From Rebecca billardiae RCC1528 (Eukaryota > Protista > Haptophyta), in assembly GCA_965240325.2 (NCBI GenBank), contig OZ251233.1, positions 620,001-684,000 on the forward strand: a DNA stretch of 64,000 nucleotides, given 5' to 3'. The position numbers were made by a program, and so were the translations under genes. Numbering within the stretch: the first letter of the stretch is position 1; the number at the start of each line of letters is the position of its first letter. Of this stretch, positions 59,092-64,000 are shown one piece after another. Below the pieces are notes generated by a model, which was not told the origin of the DNA, ran no database searches, and worked only from the letters and a program-made list of their open reading frames with translations.

Positions 59092-62000
59092 TCACTTCTC
59101 TGATGCGCTGGCAGCGCTGCTGGCACCGCCGCTGTTCGCAGCCGCGGCGGCGGCGGCCTCGCCGATCGCGAAATCGGCATTCATGATGGCCTCGAGTGGT
59201 CTGCTCCCCATCGGCTGCAACTCGATGAGGGTGGACACCTGCATGCGGCGGCGCGGCCGTGGGCGCGCACGGGCGAGCGGTCGTCAGCCGCGGCGCAAAC
59301 GCAGAGCACCGCGGGCGTGGGCCGCAGCGCGTCGGGGGCCCGGCGAGGCGCACACCTTGAGCAGCAGGTCGCGCGTGATGTGCGCGGCGAACTCGCTCAG
59401 CGACTCGCTCCACTTGTCCACCTGCGGCTTGACCGTCTCCTGGATGTGCCAGCCGCGCTCCTGCTGGCCCTCGCCATACAGCTTGAGCGCGCCCCAGAAG
59501 CCCGGGCGGACGTCGCTGAGGACGGCGCCGTCCTCGCGCTCGATCGTGAGCGCGTCGTCCACGAGCTTGCGCATTTTCTGCGTCGCCGAGCACTGCTGGC
59601 TCACCCACTTGATCACCGTGCGCACTGACTCCTTCACCTCGTGCGACGCGGTGATGGCAGACGCGTCGACTGCCGCGCGCGTCTCCTCGGCGTTGCTCAC
59701 GGTCGCCTCGGCGCTGGGCTGGTGTGAGCCGATCTGCCCACCGCGCGTCGCGAGCAGCGTGCGCACCACCGGCTGCTCCTCGCCCTGCTCCCGGAGCGCG
59801 TCATCGTACGGCGTGTTGCCGTAGCTGGAGGTGGCGCGCGCGCGCGGGCCGAGGCGCGTGAGAGGGGGCGGGCGGGCGCGGCGGTGCGGCTCGTGCGCGC
59901 GGGAGGGCGCGCGCGCCCGTGCGACGGGGCCACGGTGCAGCACGCGCGCGCGCACCGATCCTCGACGGCCGGGTTGATGCCGGGCAGCTTGAGCAAGAAG
60001 TGCGTCGCGTCGACGTGCGCGTTGGACGATGCGAGGTGCAGCGCCGTCCTCGCGTCGTAGTCGCCCTCGTTCACGTCGCAGCGGTGGCGGACGAGGCGGT
60101 CGAGCGTGGGCACGTCGTTCGCGGCGGCGGCGGTGCACAGCGCGACCGCCGCCTCGAACTCGCCCATGTCCGCGCCGTACTCGAGCAGCAGCTCGGAGAT
60201 GTTGATCGGGCCGCCTCCCTTGTACGCGTCCTGCAGCGGCGTGCAGCCGCGCCGGTCGCGCGCGTTCACGTCCGCCTTGTTCTCGAGGAGGAGGCGGACG
60301 TTCTCGATCCGGCCCTCGGCGGCGGCGAGGTGGAGCGCGGTGCGCCCGTCGTAGTTGCCCACCGAGATCTCCGACGAGTCGAACGCCACGTGGAAGCGCA
60401 GCTCCTCGAAGCCGTCCTCGCGCGCCGCCGCCTCGCACATCAGATCGGCGAGCGTGCTGCACAGCCGCTGCGCGCCCAGCCGAAGCAGCATCGTCGCCGC
60501 CTCGCCCTGCTTGTTCGTGAGCGCGTCGTGCAGGGGCGACTTGCCCCGCCGGTCCATCACGTTCACGTCCGCGTTCGTCGCGACCAGCAGCTCGACCACG
60601 CCCACGTGCCCCGCCGACGCGGCCACGTGGATCGGCCGCCTGTGGTCGTAGTCGCCTCTGTTCACGTCCACGTCAGACATCGCGATCAGCCGCCGGACCT
60701 TGGCCAGGTCGCCGTCGGAGCACGCGCCGCAGAGGCGCACGGTGTGCAGGTTGTGCCGCTTCTGCTTCGCGTTGGTGATGATCTGCCGCACGCCAGCGTC
60801 GGGCGCGAGCGCAGCGCGCGCGGGCGGTCAGCGCGGCGCCCGAGGCTGCGTGGCGCGCGCTCTCATCGCGCGTCGCCCCTGCTGGACGGGCGGCGCGCGC
60901 GGGCGCGAGGGCGCACCTTGGCGATGGCGTCCATGTCGCTCTCGACGCCCCGGGCAGCTTCGGAGCGCATGCTGTGCACCGCGCTGCCAATGTCACTCCT
61001 CGCCTGGCTGGAGCGCTGCGATACCTTGGACTTGGCCGAGCGCGCAGAGCGCGCCGTCATCGCGCCTGCGCCATGCGGGCACGCGGCGCGCGGGCGGCGA
61101 CGCGCGCGCGCGCGGCGAGCGGGGATCATCAGTGCGGCGAGACGAGCCGCGCGCGCGCGCGCGACGCCGGTGCGGGTGTCGGCCGGGGCCGTGCAGCCCG
61201 GCGCGCCCCGCGCGCACGCACCGTCGTGCTGCTTCATCACGTTGGACATGATGACCTCCTCCTGCTGCGGGAAGGACTTGAGGAGCGTGCGGTACCGCTC
61301 GGTCGAGAGCGTGAGCAGCTTCGTCTCCGCGTCCGCCGTCGCGCGCGCGGTGGAGACGTGGCGGAGCGAGAAGACGAAGGGCAGCTCGCCCAGCGTGTCG
61401 CCCGCGTGGTGGATCGTGCTCGCGTCCGCCACGCTGCTCACGCGCTCCGCGGCGCCGTCCAAGTCGTCGTCGTGGTTGATCTCGACCGCGCCTGACTCTA
61501 TGATGAGCAGCTCCTTGCACAGGTCGGTCGTGCGGAAGATGACGGTCTCGGGCTCGACGGTGCGCTCGCGCAGCAGCGAGGAGAGCCGGTCGATGAAGCC
61601 GTCCGAGCAGTTCTTCAGCGGCGCGCACTCGCCCACCAGCGAGCGGTGCGTGTACGTCGACACCTCGATCTGGAGCGCGATCGGCATCGACTCGTAGATC
61701 TGCTCGTCAGCGATCGACGAGAGCGACGCGTCCTTGAGCCGCTGGTGGAAGAACGCCTCGATGCGCGAGGAGAGCTCCTGCGGCACGCGCACGTGCGCGA
61801 GGTACACCTGCACCAGCTCGAGCTGGGCTCGCTTCGAGACGACCTCGTCGTCTGCGCGCCGGGACGCGGGGCGCGCGAGCAGGGCAGGGCGGCGGCGCGG
61901 GCGGTGGCGCGGTGAGAGCTGCGCGCCGGGAGCCGCGGCCGCGCGGCCGCGCGGGCCGCGCCGCGGCCTGAGCGTCGCACGGCCCTCGCCGCGCGATCCT

Positions 62001-64000
62001 CGCCGCGCGCACCCTGCTTCATCACCAGCGCGGAGATCTTGCCCACCGCCCACGCGTACACCGTCAAGTTCAGCACCATCATCAGCAGCGTGATGCCCAC
62101 CTCGACTGCTCGGCGCGGCGGCGGTCGGGAGCGCGAGAGTGCCACGCGAGGGCGCGGCGCGGACGCGAGCACACGGTCGTGAGTGCCGCCCCGCGTGGCC
62201 GCAGCGCGCGCGCGCGCCGGCGCGCGGCGTGCTCGCGCGGCGTACTGTAGTTCGCCGGGATCGTGGCCATCCCCAGCGTGGTGAGCGTCGAGTAGACGTA
62301 GAACGTCGACATGATGTACCGCACGAGCAGCTCGACCTCGGCCGAGCCCTCGGCGGCCGCCGAGTCTGCGAGCGTGTCGCCGCCCGCGTCCAGGCTCAGA
62401 AAGTCGTGCTGGTCCTCCCAGCTCTTGAGGCCGCCGGTGGCGAACGGCGTCGTGAGCAGGTTCCACACGCACGCGCAGCAGTGCGCCGTGATCGAGATCA
62501 CCGTGATGTACTGCACCAGCCCGGTGAGCAGGTTGTCGCCCGTCTTGGAGCGTTCAAACGCGATGTACGATCGGTACACGTACCGCAGCTGCAGCAGCTT
62601 CACGCTGCGCAGCCCGACGAGGACGAGGCCGCGCACGCCGAGCATGAGCGCGAAGAGGTCGTGCGGCCACGCCGCGATCAGGTCGAGCGTGAACTCCGAG
62701 CCGAGGTACTGCCGCCGCACGGCCCGCGGGTCCCACACGTGCACGCTGTTCTCGTTGAGGTAGCTCGTGCGCAGCCGCAGCAGCACGCGCGCAATGTACA
62801 GGGCGTCGAGCGCGTAGTTGACCGGCCAGATCCACGCGATGCGGTCGGCCTGGTCGGAGTAGCACAGGTGGACCGACGTCTGCATCGCGTCCCACATCAG
62901 CGCACAGAGGAAGAGGTAGTTGAAGCCGATGTACTTGAGAGACGTGTGGTCGATCACAAACTTGTGCGTCGCGGCGGCGCGCGAGTCGGCCTCAGAGGTG
63001 GCCGCGCTCGAGGACTGGTGAGCCGCGCCGATGATCGAGTGCACCAGCTGCTGGAGGGCGTGGCCTGCGCGGGCCAGGATGCTCGCGCCGGCATCAGGGG
63101 GCGCAACGCCGCCGCCCTCCGCGCTGGCCTGCGCTCGCACTTGCCGCGTATGCGCCTCGAGCGCGCGCGCCACATCAGCCCACGTGGGGCCCGCGGCCGA
63201 GTCGCTCGACTCGGCCGCGGCGTCGGCGCTCGCGACCTCTGCAGCCTGCGCCTTCTCGGCCGCGCCCGGCTTGGCCCCGTCTTTGCCCGCCGAGTTCTTG
63301 CCCTTGGAGCCGCCATCGGAGCCCGACTTGAACGGCGGCGCGATCGGCAGGCTCAGCCCGAGGTGCGCCGTGCACCACGCCGCAATGTCATCAGGCTCCG
63401 CCTTGGTGGCCGTCTCGGGCGACATGGCGAGCAGCTGCGCGAGCCGGGTCGCGTTCGCCGGGCCGAGCTCGTTGAACACGCCGCTGGACACGCGCTTCCG
63501 CAAGGCCTTTGTCGCAGAGGCGCAGCCAGGCGCGCTGCTCAGCAGGCGCTCCAGCTCCACCAGCCCCGCGGACTGCGCACCCTCCTGAGCTGGCTTGCTC
63601 GTGATGTTGGCCGCACGGATGCCGCCGCCGCCGCCGCCGAGCGCGAGCTTGGGGATGCCCTCAGGCCGTGTGCTGGCCGTGCCCGACGCCGCGCCGTCCC
63701 CGCCGCCACCGAGGACCACGCCGCCGCCCTCGGTGAGCTCGGTCGGCTCGTCGTCGTCCGCGCTCGACAGGATCCACGCCGTCGCGCCCACGTAGAACTC
63801 GGCGCGCGAGACCGCCTTCGACCGCCCCGTGCGATTGTGGTCGGCCGACGCGGACGGCAGCTGCGTGTCGGAGCTGCGTCTCTCCCTGCCGCCATTGAGC
63901 TGGGCCGACTCGCCGAGCGTGGCGAGGGTGGACGCGGCGCGCATCAGGTGCGTGACGAGCGACCTGATCTCCGCGGAGCCGAGCTCGCCGAGCGAGCCCT
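59092..64000 (-). CDS. Shaker-like 6TM ion channel with cyclic-nucleotide-binding domain and ankyrin repeats (plant AKT/SKOR architecture); 5' end beyond the window
   Basis: S1-S6 helices, pore STLTTLGMATIPAN, C-linker (MPIALQIEV), CNBD (GDTLGELPFVFSLRH) and ankyrins (GDYDHRRPIHVAA, NYDGRTALHLAA). Introns 62106-62245, 61852-62012, 61066-61221, 60783-60916, 59825-59955 and 59239-59355 all keep frame to the TGA at 59092. Confidence 0.9.

Noticed and set aside
63790-63850. EF-hand in the channel N-terminal region (DHNRTGRSKAVSRAEF)
   Set aside because: Loop spacing does not fit the 12-residue consensus, so it is too weak to call.

Overview
Very GC-rich, intron-containing eukaryotic DNA. The introns have GTGCG donors, (C)GCAG acceptors and GCGC-rich interiors. 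The style resembles a haptophyte such as Pavlovales, but that is inference. Host genes: a TPR/RPAP3-SPAG1-like co-chaperone plus a duplicate of its 3' half, a hemerythrin-like secreted or organellar protein, tandem F-box/RCC1 genes (the second with one in-frame TAG), a 3-exon hypothetical, an alliinase/TAA1-TAR-like PLP enzyme, a copper type II (DBH/PHM-like) monooxygenase, an SR-rich protein with an AF4/CW-ZF-like C-terminal helical domain, a FAX/metaxin-like GST, and a Shaker/CNBD-ankyrin channel with a non-canonical pore (TTLGMA). Most of 15-44.5 kb is mobile DNA. (i) A ~13.3 kb nested foldback structure (15166-28462) has inverted arms carrying 107-bp minisatellites. It contains three insertions whose empty sites are visible elsewhere in the window. 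(ii) Three TIR elements lie end to end in (TA)n/(TATG)n microsatellite. The middle one (37950-42510) encodes a RAG1/Transib-like DDE transposase and has TACAGTG termini, one base off the RSS heptamer. This element is the strongest candidate for an undescribed system. Most ORFs in the supplied track are GC-driven shadow frames. All family assignments are by-eye motif matches; no database searches were run.
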